A stretch of DNA of 64,000 nucleotides from Candidatus Tayloriibacteriota bacterium (GTDB taxonomy: Bacteria; Patescibacteriota; Minisyncoccia; Phycocordibacterales; PALSA-1337). Positions 19,358 to 28,253 of the stretch are shown here, piece by piece. The stretch's first letter is position 1; each line of letters opens with the position of its first letter. The notes under the pieces are model-generated. The model was not told the DNA's origin and searched no databases. It saw only the letters and a list, made by a program, of their open reading frames with translations. The DNA lies in assembly GCA_016215455.1 (NCBI GenBank), contig JACRJP010000002.1:151622-215621 (forward strand), in the 5' to 3' direction. A program made the translations under genes and the position numbers.

Positions 19358-19897
19358 TTAACGTCCCAAGAATTGTAAGATATTCTCAATATGTGTGTCG
19401 ATATCGACGTGGAGTAGTTCACATCCACGAAGTATCGTTCCTCGGTCTATTTTTGCAGCAAAGCTTTTTTCACCAAATCTCTTTTTGATTGAACTCACTT
19501 TCATATCTTTGAATGGAATAGGGTTTATCTTTTGATATGCATAGAAGATACCACATAGTTCATCGCATGCCATGAGAGCAGCCGCTAATTTTGTTTGGGG
19601 AAGGGTTGTAAAACCATTGTAGTTATATGCATGTGCTTCAACCGCATGGATTAAATCTTCCGGGTACTGCCATTCTTTGAACCAACCTAAGGATTGAGCA
19701 GGATGGGTAGTGGGATGTTCTTCAAAATCAATATCGTGTAACAACCCTGTGATATACCAGAGGTTCTCATCTTCATTAAGTAATTTTGCGTATCCTGCCA
19801 TAGTTGCAGCCACCATGTTGGCATGGAGTCGTTGATATGGATCTTGGACATGCTGTTCCAAAAGCTTCTGTGCCGCGTCTCTATTGGGTATATTCAT
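19358..19897 (-). CDS. HDIG/HD-domain metal-dependent hydrolase
   Basis: H..GLLHDIDFE..H..AH..ACDELCG, SIKKRF..KSFAA. Confidence 0.88.
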   Translation of the reverse strand: MNIPNRDAAQKLLEQHVQDPYQRLHANMVAATMAGYAKLLNEDENLWYITGLLHDIDFEEHPTTHPAQSLGWFKEWQYPEDLIHAVEAHAYNYNGFTTLPQTKLAAALMACDELCGIFYAYQKINPIPFKDMKVSSIKKRFGEKSFAAKIDRGTILRGCELLHVDIDTHIENILQFLGR

Positions 19898-19939
19898 ATA
19901 CTGTAGTTATGTAATGATAACTAATAAAAAGGTTGAGGT

Positions 19940-20266
19940 TTAGTTTCGTATCCTTGTTGCTTTTAACGATACGAGCTGTAACCCCAGAGTTGATTGGTGT
20001 TGTTCAAAGTGTCGTCTGAGTTCTTGGGATGCTGTTACCATCTCAGACTCAGTTTCGAATTCCCGAGGAACCAACCTTAATCGACCACAACAGAAAGGAC
20101 CGTCAGTCCCTAGGAGGTATGAAAATTGTTGGCCGTTCTCGACAATATGTAGTCCGACGGCAAACTTCTCGCCAAGTGATCCAATACTCCTTCCACATAC
20201 AGAGCAGAGGAGGTCTATTTTGTGGCCGTCAGGCGCACAGGTGTAGATTGCTACTTTTCCTAACAT
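19940..20266 (-). CDS. Orphan Cys-rich protein
   Basis: 108-aa ORF with CSVC and FCCG. Confidence 0.55.
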   Translation of the reverse strand: MLGKVAIYTCAPDGHKIDLLCSVCGRSIGSLGEKFAVGLHIVENGQQFSYLLGTDGPFCCGRLRLVPREFETESEMVTASQELRRHFEQHQSTLGLQLVSLKATRIRN

Positions 20267-20396
20267 AATTTTCTTTGAACAATGGTGTGCTGTGGTGGTC
20301 TAAGAAGAAGTATAGAGAAGAGGGGATATATATGACAAATTTTACAACAAATAAAACATATTTGTATCTTTTTGTTATAAATGATAGATTATTGAT

Positions 20397-21032
20397 ATGA
20401 TCAAGATTCAAGATGTGGTGAAGGATATTATCTATAGTGATGAAGAGGCTCTCTACGCTCTTTCAAAAGGGTTTATGAACCTTTCTGCGTATGCAAAGAT
20501 GATTCAGAAGAAGGTTGAAGATGAGAGTATGAAGGAGGTTGAGGTACCGGGTATTGTTGTTGCTTTGTCGCGAATTAAGAAGGATCTCAAAAATATCCAT
20601 CCTCTCGTACAGGATATTAAGATCGATAATATCACTACCAAGTCACCACTTACTGAAATTAGTTTTGAGAAGACACCTTCGATTTTAGATAAACTATCGT
20701 CACTCTACAAGAAGGTGAAGACAACAAATGAAGATTTTTTAACGATGACATTAAGTACAACGGAAGTTAATGTTATTTGCTCTGATCGTATTCGTGAGAA
20801 AGTATTGAATCATTTTGGTGATAAACCACGATTGTTACAATCAAAATTAGCCTCAATTGGAATTTCGTTTAACCCAAAATACTATGAGATGCCGAATATT
20901 ACCTTTACATTGAGCCGAAAGATTGCTCAAAAGAGAATTGTACTAGCTGAGACTATTACGACACATACGGAAATTATCTTTACCTTTCACCAAAAAGATC
21001 TACCTGAGATGTTATCGTTGTTTGAGGTGTAA
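20397..21032 (+). CDS. ACT-domain protein with N-terminal helical (HTH-like) region, often mislabelled aspartate kinase
   Basis: GFMNLSAYAK..IVVALSR N-terminus, then two ACT-like beta/alpha repeats; no kinase motifs. Confidence 0.65.
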   Translation: MIKIQDVVKDIIYSDEEALYALSKGFMNLSAYAKMIQKKVEDESMKEVEVPGIVVALSRIKKDLKNIHPLVQDIKIDNITTKSPLTEISFEKTPSILDKLSSLYKKVKTTNEDFLTMTLSTTEVNVICSDRIREKVLNHFGDKPRLLQSKLASIGISFNPKYYEMPNITFTLSRKIAQKRIVLAETITTHTEIIFTFHQKDLPEMLSLFEV

Positions 21033-21034
21033 TA

Positions 21035-21412
21035 TTACCGGCCGATCTTACGTTCAATTTTAGTGAGAGAGTCTTGAATCTTATGGAGCACTTTTGTTTC
21101 GCTCTGAATATCTGCCTCAATTTCTTTCTGTGTTTTGTCGGCAAGCTTTTTCTCATTTTTGATACCTGAAATCAAAATTCTGTTTCCGATAAAACTTGAT
21201 ACGAATATACCTGTGAGTAGGAGAATGATTGAACCAATTAGGATTGAGACTGGTCCACTTACGTGAGCTGCATCTGCAACAAGCCATATACCTCGCCATA
21301 GAAAGACCGTACCAACACTTACGATTGCGGCATACACAATTGGGCGAGTACTGAGAAATCCACGTATTTTGTCCTCAAGACGATCAAAGAAGTTGATAAT
21401 ATCTTTAAACAT
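21035..21412 (-). CDS. Conserved small membrane protein with coiled-coil tail
   Basis: FFDRLEDKIR, LWRGIW, two TM. Confidence 0.7.
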   Translation of the reverse strand: MFKDIINFFDRLEDKIRGFLSTRPIVYAAIVSVGTVFLWRGIWLVADAAHVSGPVSILIGSIILLLTGIFVSSFIGNRILISGIKNEKKLADKTQKEIEADIQSETKVLHKIQDSLTKIERKIGR

Positions 21413-21504
21413 AGATGATTGTACTTTATTATACACCATTTATTCACTTCATCTTCTGTGGGAACTGCTATAATAACAATATTAATCACAATCAATTATT
21501 TTAT

Positions 21505-21867
21505 ATGAGTAATGAAAAAAAGTTGGAGTGGGTATTGAGAATCGGTGTTGCTGGAGAATTTCTTGGACACGGTATCTTTGCAATTCAAGGGAAGCAGGCT
21601 TGGATTGATTGGACACAACAGCTTCTTGGTGTAAGTCCATCATTCGCTTCAACATTTATTCTCATTGTCGGTATTCTTGATGTCCTACTTGCGATAGCTG
21701 TATTGGTACGACCAGTACGACCAATACTACTTTGGATGGCATTGTGGGGATTCTGGACTGCACTTCTACGTCCTCTTGTAGGAGAACCTATTTGGGATTT
21801 TATCGAACGTTGGGCAAACTGGGCAGCACCACTCGCATTATATTACGTGTACAAGATGCGTAAATAA
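21505..21867 (+). CDS. DoxX-like membrane protein
   Basis: WVLRIGVAGEFLGHG, WDFIERWANW. Confidence 0.7.
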   Translation: MSNEKKLEWVLRIGVAGEFLGHGIFAIQGKQAWIDWTQQLLGVSPSFASTFILIVGILDVLLAIAVLVRPVRPILLWMALWGFWTALLRPLVGEPIWDFIERWANWAAPLALYYVYKMRK

Positions 21868-21891
21868 AGATCGGTAGAGTATATCTGAAGT

Positions 21892-22275
21892 ATGAAAGAT
21901 GAAACCCCTCAAATAATTAAGGATGTTGGCTTTGACTTCAGTTGGAGTGAAGAAAAAGTCTGGAAACTTACTATTCCTGTTGAGGAGATGGATATACAAG
22001 AACTCGTGTGGCATTTTGATATCCCATTTCTTTGGGAAGATGGAGTATATAATCTCAAACCTCAAGATGTGATTGATTTTCCTGATGCTCATAAAAAAGA
22101 ATATGAACGGACAATGAAGGCTGATCTTATTCATCCGATTGATATTATGGAAAACAAAGGATGTTGGCTTATCTTAGATGGTTTACATCGTTTGATGAAA
22201 GCATCTATTCTCAAAATGAATACAGTGCAGGTGCGCAAAGTAGGTCGCGAACACATACCTGACATCCTTCAATAG
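21892..22275 (+). CDS. ParB/Srx-like N-terminal domain protein
   Basis: ADLIHPID..ILDGLHRLMKA. Confidence 0.7.
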   Translation: MKDETPQIIKDVGFDFSWSEEKVWKLTIPVEEMDIQELVWHFDIPFLWEDGVYNLKPQDVIDFPDAHKKEYERTMKADLIHPIDIMENKGCWLILDGLHRLMKASILKMNTVQVRKVGREHIPDILQ

Positions 22276-22292
22276 TCTGGTATCATGAGTCT

Positions 22293-22604
22293 ATGAAAAA
22301 CTCATTTCGTGACAGGGTATATACAATTGCTGCAAAGATTCCGAAGGGTAAGGTGGTGACATATGGTCAATTGGCAAAAATGGCAGGAAGTCCTCAAGCT
22401 GCCCGGGCTGTTGGCATGAGTATGAGATGCAATACTGATCGAAAGAAAGTACCGTGTCATCGTGTGGTCGCTTCAAACGGTGCGCTTACGGGGTATGCTT
22501 TCGGCAAAGGAGTTACAACTAAAAAAGAAATTCTCTTGAAAGAAGGAGTTGTATTCAAAAGTAATAAGGTGGATCTTATAAGATCTCAGTGGACAGGACG
22601 ATAA
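22293..22604 (+). CDS. Methylated-DNA-protein-cysteine methyltransferase (MGMT C-terminal domain)
   Basis: IPKGKVVTYGQLA, ARAVG, PCHRV active site. Confidence 0.92.
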   Translation: MKNSFRDRVYTIAAKIPKGKVVTYGQLAKMAGSPQAARAVGMSMRCNTDRKKVPCHRVVASNGALTGYAFGKGVTTKKEILLKEGVVFKSNKVDLIRSQWTGR

Positions 22605-22609
22605 TATCT

Positions 22610-23227
22610 ATGACTCGAAATCAAGTACTTTTTCTGGTGGTGGTAGTGGCGATTGCTGTTATGGGGTGGTTTGTATTAAGAGAGGTTTCTCCACTTGTCC
22701 CTGTACCAAAAAATTCTACCATTGTTGCGTATGGTGATAGTCTAGTACAAGGTGTTGGAGCAACAGAAGGGAATGATTTTGTTTCAGTTGTGAGTCGAAA
22801 GATCGGTATACCAATTATTAATGCGGGTAAAAGTGGAGATACTACTGATAGCGCACTCACTCGACTTGATCAAATTGTTGCAAATGACCCAGGTGTCGTT
22901 ATCCTCCTTTTAGGAGGAAATGATTACCTTCGAAGAATTTCTAAGGAAAAGACTTTTCAAAATTTACAGCAAATTGTCACAACACTTCAGAAAAATAATA
23001 CAGTTGTATTGCTGCTTGGTGTGAGAGGGGGATTACTCACTGATACGTATGACGGTGATTTTAAAGACTTTGCAAAGAAGAATAATTTGCCGTACGTTCC
23101 CAACGTTCTCAAAGATTTACTTGGTAATAAAAAATTTATGTTCGATCAGATTCATCCTAATGATGCAGGATATAAGATTATTGCCGAGAGAGTTGCGCTA
23201 CAATTAAAGACCATATTTAGAAAATAG
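22610..23227 (+). CDS. SGNH/GDSL arylesterase (TesA-like), membrane anchored
   Basis: GDSL, NAGKSGDT, GGND, DQIHPN. Confidence 0.92.
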   Translation: MTRNQVLFLVVVVAIAVMGWFVLREVSPLVPVPKNSTIVAYGDSLVQGVGATEGNDFVSVVSRKIGIPIINAGKSGDTTDSALTRLDQIVANDPGVVILLLGGNDYLRRISKEKTFQNLQQIVTTLQKNNTVVLLLGVRGGLLTDTYDGDFKDFAKKNNLPYVPNVLKDLLGNKKFMFDQIHPNDAGYKIIAERVALQLKTIFRK

Positions 23228-23232
23228 CTTCC

Positions 23233-23679
23233 ATGAAAATTCTCCTCATCTCAGTTGGTAAGAAACATGATCCTGCATTTCTAGATGCGATTACTGATTT
23301 TACTCATCGTATTAGTCATTACACTCCTGTTGAATGGAAATTTTTAAATCCCTCAGACAATATCAAAAGTGAGAGTGTTGATATTCTAGCTTCAGTTAAT
23401 GAGCGCGATTATGTTGTGCTTCTGGATGAAAGAGGGAAGCAGATGTCGTCACCGGATCTTGCGCAATTTCTTGAGAAGCGTCTCAATGAAAGTGTGCATC
23501 GCCTTGTTTTTATTATCGGCGGTGCTTTTGGAGTAGACGAAGAGGTTCGGAAGCGAGCCCATACAACCATTGCTTTGTCACAACTCGTATTTCCTCATCA
23601 GCTTGTTCGTCTCATTCTTGCTGAACAAATCTATCGAGCTTTTACAATTCTTCGTGGAGAAAAATATCATCACGAATAG
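23233..23679 (+). CDS. rlmH: 23S rRNA m3Psi1915 methyltransferase
   Basis: LDERGKQMSS, FIIGGAFG, FPHQLVRLILAEQIYRA..YHH. Confidence 0.96.
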   Translation: MKILLISVGKKHDPAFLDAITDFTHRISHYTPVEWKFLNPSDNIKSESVDILASVNERDYVVLLDERGKQMSSPDLAQFLEKRLNESVHRLVFIIGGAFGVDEEVRKRAHTTIALSQLVFPHQLVRLILAEQIYRAFTILRGEKYHHE

Positions 23680-23752
23680 ACATTGACATATATCTTCTAG
23701 TGTGACAATATGTTTTCAGTTCGATCTTCGAGAGAAGCTCTGCAATTTGAGT

Positions 23753-24346
23753 ATGAAAGATTGGTTACAAAAACTTTCTCAAGGACTTGGAGTTGTTGGG
23801 GCTCTGGCCATCGCATTTCCAATTCTTTTCAAGATTCATGAGGGTGAAACAATTTTCAACCCTTTGTCCTACTTCATGTGGTCATCTCTTTCCGTCTTGG
23901 CAGCAGTCGTGCTTTACCGAGCGGGTGAGGGTGGTTGGCAATTGTTGGCCGCATACTGGGCCTCTGATTTCTCAATTGCTTCCTACGCTTATTTTAAAGC
24001 CAGAAAGCTTGAGTTCGGGTGGTTTGAAGGGTTTGTCATCGGCCTTGTGGCAGTCTGCACGATTATCTGGCTTCGTTGCGAGACGAAGAGACGGTATTCT
24101 GGTCAGACAGACTACAGACCGTCGGTGATAGCAAACGCAACAGCCTTGATGTTGGCTGGTGTTCCTCAGGTGTGGGATGCTTGGAAAAAACCCAATGAGG
24201 TAAGCATGTTCATTGCCTGGAGCTACATTGGTATAAGTGTGGCTTCGTTTTTTGGGGAGTCGAAGTTTAACGGTCGACTAGTTCCGGGTGTGTCGATAGT
24301 TTACTGGATCGTGATCATTGTTCCAGTGTTGTATCTCCGGACGTGA
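23753..24346 (+). CDS. Multi-pass membrane protein, PQ-loop-like
   Basis: About 6-7 TM; NPLSYFMW and GVPQVWDAWKKPNE repeats. Confidence 0.6.
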   Translation: MKDWLQKLSQGLGVVGALAIAFPILFKIHEGETIFNPLSYFMWSSLSVLAAVVLYRAGEGGWQLLAAYWASDFSIASYAYFKARKLEFGWFEGFVIGLVAVCTIIWLRCETKRRYSGQTDYRPSVIANATALMLAGVPQVWDAWKKPNEVSMFIAWSYIGISVASFFGESKFNGRLVPGVSIVYWIVIIVPVLYLRT

Positions 24347-24347
24347 C

Positions 24348-24379
24348 GCGTCGATGTTACCGTCGAACGCTTTTTATTT
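24348..24379 (+). terminator. Intrinsic terminator
   Basis: GCGTCGATG-ttac-CGTCGA(a)CGC then T tract. Confidence 0.7.
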
Positions 24380-24407
24380 AAGAGACTTAGTTTGATATAC
24401 TTTCTGT

Positions 24408-24809
24408 ATGATAAAAGGATTTAAAGAATTTGTTTTGAGAGGGAATGTGATTGATTTGGCAGTAGGTGTTGTCATTGGTGCGGCATTTACCGCTGTTGTG
24501 AATGCTTTGGTGAAGGGTCTTATTACTCCATTCATCGGAGCGATTGTAAAAGTGCCAGATTTTTCAAAACTTTATTTTACTATTAACGATAGTCAATTCC
24601 TCTATGGGGAGTTTATTAATTCTTTAGTCTCGTTCCTTCTTATCGCCGCAGTTATTTATTTTTTTGTTGTTGTACCTGTCAATGCACTTCTCGCAAAGAC
24701 TAAAAAGACTGATCAAACAGTACCCACCACAAAGAAATGTCCTGAATGTTTGAGTGAGATTCCTCTTGCCGCAACACGTTGTGCTCACTGTACGAGTACG
24801 TTGATATAG
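24408..24809 (+). CDS. mscL: Large-conductance mechanosensitive channel with C-terminal zinc ribbon
   Basis: FKEFVLRGNVIDLAVGVVIGAAF; CPEC..RCAHC tail. Confidence 0.95.
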   Translation: MIKGFKEFVLRGNVIDLAVGVVIGAAFTAVVNALVKGLITPFIGAIVKVPDFSKLYFTINDSQFLYGEFINSLVSFLLIAAVIYFFVVVPVNALLAKTKKTDQTVPTTKKCPECLSEIPLAATRCAHCTSTLI

Positions 24810-24918
24810 GCTCGAGTTGAGCTGTATTTAGCCAGAGTGTATCATTAATCCATATTGTGTGGTACCATGGATGTTACCTGCAAAACGGGGTTAAAAATTA
24901 ATCTAATAAAAGATATTT

Positions 24919-25116
24919 ATGAAGGGTACTATTAAGACATTGAATGAACGAGGTTTTGGTTTCATCGCTCGAGAGGGTGAAGTAAAGGACCTCTTCTTCC
25001 ACTCAAAGAACTTGAATGGTGTTGAATTTGACGCTCTCAAGGTTGGAGATGTTGTTACATTTGAAGTTGTTCAGGGTGAAAAGGGCCCAGCAGCAGAGAA
25101 CGTAGCACGAGCTTAA
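24919..25116 (+). CDS. Cold-shock protein
   Basis: RGFGFI, DLFFH, KGPAAENV. Confidence 0.95.
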   Translation: MKGTIKTLNERGFGFIAREGEVKDLFFHSKNLNGVEFDALKVGDVVTFEVVQGEKGPAAENVARA

Positions 25117-25137
25117 ATTAAGCTTCGATATACTTCG

Positions 25138-25171
25138 AATAAAAAACCATCCTCACGGATGGTTTTTTATT
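25138..25171 (+). terminator. Intrinsic terminator after csp
   Basis: AATAAAAAACCATCC-tcac-GGATGGTTTTTTATT. Confidence 0.9.
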
Positions 25172-25194
25172 GTTGCTTATACTATAGTTAGCCC

Positions 25195-25641
25195 ATGATT
25201 TCTGTTACAAAACCTGACAATTTCTCTCCTCGATTTGAAGTATCAAGCTGCTTTTTGGAGTATAAAGATCGTTTTCTTCTGTTGCATCGCCAAGATCATA
25301 AGCCTCAAGGGAATACATGGGGAGTGCCTGCAGGTAAGGTGGAAAAGGGAGAGACATCTGCTCAAGCAATTATTAGAGAGATGCAAGAAGAAATCTCTTT
25401 GACTGTCACTGAACAGAATCTTATATATTTTAAAAGTTTGTATGTACGTTATAGTGAGTATGATTTTGTATATCATATCTTCAGTTCAGTGTGTCAGGTT
25501 GAACCAAAGATTGTAATTGATGTGAAAGACCATAAGGATTTTCAATGGGTAACACCGAAAGAATCTCTTACTATGAATCTTATTCAAGATGAAGATTTTT
25601 GTGTCGAACTATTTTATAACAATCGTCTGAGAAACAATTAA
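25195..25641 (+). CDS. Nudix hydrolase
   Basis: PAGKVEKGETSAQAIIREMQEE Nudix box. Confidence 0.92.
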   Translation: MISVTKPDNFSPRFEVSSCFLEYKDRFLLLHRQDHKPQGNTWGVPAGKVEKGETSAQAIIREMQEEISLTVTEQNLIYFKSLYVRYSEYDFVYHIFSSVCQVEPKIVIDVKDHKDFQWVTPKESLTMNLIQDEDFCVELFYNNRLRNN

Positions 25642-26417
25642 AGTAACGTACGAGGTTTCCAAGGTATGAATGCATTCGTTCGAAGTTTGTAGGCATCATA
25701 GTCTGTATTACCAATGTATTTTGCTTCAAGCATAGGGATACCAGATACTTTGAGTAGAAGGAAAGTGATGAGAAGGGGACTGATGATAGCAAAACTGCCA
25801 CCAACAACTGAGAGTCCTATGATCCAGAGTCCCCACCACATGACTGTTTCACCAAAATAATTTGGATGACGAGTGTACATCCAGAGACCTTCCGTCATGA
25901 GTTTGCCTTTATTTTCGGGATTTTTAATAAACTGATCGAGTTCATAGTCACCTCGAGCCTCGAAATAGAATCCGATAGACCATACGATTGCACCAAGAAT
26001 TACAAACCATATTGCGCCAGTGTAAACTGAACTATTAACAATCATTGCAACAGAAGCAATTGCCACAATGATACCCCCTTGAAGCATGTAGATTTGGAAG
26101 AAGCTTCGTAGACGAAACCATTTCCATGTCTCGCGCCATTTCTTATAACGAAAGTCTTCAGGTTTTCCGTGATTGCGACGATAAATACGGTATGACAATC
26201 GAAGTGCCCATATGGTGATAAGTAGAGTTACAACAATCTGGGGAAGTGACAAAGTCCCGTAGTAATAGAGTGTTGAGTAAGTAATGAGCAAAAAGCCGAT
26301 ACCGTATGCGGTATCAACAATACTGTTGTCCTTTTTTATAAGGGATACAATAAACATACACACCATATAAATGAAGATACTTCCGACACAGAAAGATAGA
26401 ACTTGAAGTGTAAGCAT
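25638..26417 (-). CDS. DUF1295 (steroid 5-alpha-reductase-like) membrane protein
   Basis: DNSIVD, EDFRY, GLWMYTRHPNYFGE, SGIPMLE. Confidence 0.92.
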   Translation of the reverse strand: MLTLQVLSFCVGSIFIYMVCMFIVSLIKKDNSIVDTAYGIGFLLITYSTLYYYGTLSLPQIVVTLLITIWALRLSYRIYRRNHGKPEDFRYKKWRETWKWFRLRSFFQIYMLQGGIIVAIASVAMIVNSSVYTGAIWFVILGAIVWSIGFYFEARGDYELDQFIKNPENKGKLMTEGLWMYTRHPNYFGETVMWWGLWIIGLSVVGGSFAIISPLLITFLLLKVSGIPMLEAKYIGNTDYDAYKLRTNAFIPWKPRTLL

Positions 26418-26427
26418 AGAAAATAAA

Positions 26428-27000
26428 TTAATGAATAATGCGCATACCCCAGGAATTAGCCTCAGGGAGGCGTTCTTGGCGAGCAAGTTTAAATTGGTAA
26501 ATAGAAAATAGTATTGTGATAAGTGTTGCGATGAGTTTATAGCTTACCCATGCTTCTGATGTAAGGTGGACTCGGACAACTTCATTACTTACCGCAAGGA
26601 TAGTAAATAGACATGCCCAACGCAATGAAAGTGTTCTCCAGCCCGCATCAGTCATAGCAAATAGAGATCCAAAGAGGGGCTTAAGGAGACCTTTTTTATG
26701 TTTGAGCCCCCAGAATAATATGATTGCAAAAATTCCATTGTAAATAGTGTCTTTGAAGATAATAAAGAATGGATCTTTGAAGATTATTGTAGCTATTCCA
26801 AATACTAGAACAGATATTCCAACAATAAGAGGGAACCAGGCGATTTTTCTTCGTTCAATAAAACCAGCAATGAGAGCAATGATAGTTAGGCCGACAAAAA
26901 TAGTCGTGGCGGTGATGAAATTGATGCGCTCAACAGTCAGAAAGAACACGAGGATTGGTCCAAATTCGATAGATAGACCAAGTAACATTTTTTTGAACAT
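26428..27000 (-). CDS. YciB/IspZ inner membrane protein
   Basis: EFGPILVFF, D.FFIIFK.TI, W..LSLRW, NEVVR, WV.YK. Confidence 0.88.
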   Translation of the reverse strand: MFKKMLLGLSIEFGPILVFFLTVERINFITATTIFVGLTIIALIAGFIERRKIAWFPLIVGISVLVFGIATIIFKDPFFIIFKDTIYNGIFAIILFWGLKHKKGLLKPLFGSLFAMTDAGWRTLSLRWACLFTILAVSNEVVRVHLTSEAWVSYKLIATLITILFSIYQFKLARQERLPEANSWGMRIIH

Positions 27001-27004
27001 GGAC

Positions 27005-27018
27005 TATAGTATACTATA
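27005..27018. promoter_or_regulatory. Palindromic bidirectional -10 element
   Basis: TATAGTATACTATA; TATACT on both strands, 6 and 7 nt before the two divergent ATGs. Confidence 0.7.
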
Positions 27019-27021
27019 AGT

Positions 27022-27438
27022 ATGCTAACAACATTAAAGATGATTGTGGGTTCAATAGTTTTCGCTGTGTTACTCGATTATGTTTGGATTGGTAAGGTCA
27101 TGGCACGGTTTTATAAGTCCCAGATTGGCGGTATTCTTCGTACGTCAGGGGATAGTATGAATCCCCATATTCCTACAGCTATTCTTGTATATGTTGCCCT
27201 GACATGTCTCGTGGTATTTTTTGTACTGCCTTTAATACCCGAAGGAGCTTCATATTTGAAAGTCTTTGGATACGGTGCTTTGTTCGGTTTTCTTATATAT
27301 TGTTTCTACGATCTTACTAATTTTTCTGTATTTTCTGTGTGGCCACTTGCGATTACTCTTGTTGATATTGCGTGGGGGACATTTCTTGTCGGTGCCACAA
27401 CTGTCGTAGCGGAATTTATACATAGAATATCTGCGTAA
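27022..27438 (+). CDS. DUF2177 membrane protein
   Basis: LDYVWIG..FY..IG, GALFG..YDLTN, VDIAWG. Confidence 0.9.
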   Translation: MLTTLKMIVGSIVFAVLLDYVWIGKVMARFYKSQIGGILRTSGDSMNPHIPTAILVYVALTCLVVFFVLPLIPEGASYLKVFGYGALFGFLIYCFYDLTNFSVFSVWPLAITLVDIAWGTFLVGATTVVAEFIHRISA

Positions 27439-27445
27439 CGTCTAT

Positions 27446-28009
27446 ATGAGATCGCGAGTATTTACGAAAGATTTACAACACGATGTCATTATTATAGTGA
27501 CGGGTATCATATTGGCCTTTCTTGTAGTACGGTGGCCAGTATTTGGAGCTACACTACAAATACTTCAACCCTTCTATCCATTTGCAGCGTTTCTTGCGGG
27601 AATCTTTTTTACTTCAGCTTTCACACTTGCACCCTCAGCTATTGTTTTAGCAAAAATAGCTGAAACTGCACCAGGATTACAGATTGCTTTGTGGGGAGGT
27701 CTTGGAGCAATGGTTGGTGATATGGTGATCTTTCTCTTTATCCGTGATCGTTTTGCTGTGCATCTATCAAAAGCCTTTAAACGTTCTCAGCTGGTAAGGG
27801 TTTTTATAAAGACATTTCATTTTGGTTTTATGAAGTGGTTGTCGCCCGTCTTGGGAGCTCTAATTATCGCTTCTCCATTACCGGATGAGTTTGGACTTGC
27901 TCTGATGGGTCTTTCTCGGGTCAAACTGATCGTCCTTATGCCGATTGCTTTCGTTATGAATGTCCTTGGGATTATAGGCCTTATATCGTTTGCTCATTTA
28001 TGGGGATAG
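27446..28009 (+). CDS. Hypothetical multi-pass membrane protein (VTT-like)
   Basis: AGIFFTSAFT, GGLGAMVGD, IIASPLPDEFG. Confidence 0.7.
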   Translation: MRSRVFTKDLQHDVIIIVTGIILAFLVVRWPVFGATLQILQPFYPFAAFLAGIFFTSAFTLAPSAIVLAKIAETAPGLQIALWGGLGAMVGDMVIFLFIRDRFAVHLSKAFKRSQLVRVFIKTFHFGFMKWLSPVLGALIIASPLPDEFGLALMGLSRVKLIVLMPIAFVMNVLGIIGLISFAHLWG

Positions 28010-28056
28010 GGGTAAAATATTAGTATTACTCATAAAGTTTAGAATTTCGTAATCAA

Positions 28057-28188
28057 ATGTGGTATTACATAATAGCTGCTGTAGTTGTTGTTGCTCTTGT
28101 TGTTTTCTTTGTCTCAAAAAAGAAGTCTAGTGGAGACAAGACAGACGGGAATATGCAGAATCCAGGACAGCCAACACAGTCAATGTAA
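28057..28188 (+). CDS. Small single-TM protein (43 aa), below ORF-track cutoff
   Basis: MWYYIIAAVVVVALVVFFVSKKKSSGDKTDGNMQNPGQPTQSM*, followed by a strong hairpin. Confidence 0.7.
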   Translation: MWYYIIAAVVVVALVVFFVSKKKSSGDKTDGNMQNPGQPTQSM

Positions 28189-28191
28189 GCA

Positions 28192-28219
28192 AACAACACC
28201 GGCACATGCCGGTGTTGTT
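28192..28219 (+). terminator. Terminator-like hairpin
   Basis: AACAACACCGGCA-ca-TGCCGGTGTTGTT. Confidence 0.75.
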
Positions 28220-28253
28220 CTATATGGGTCTTCTATGTAATAATGATGCCACT

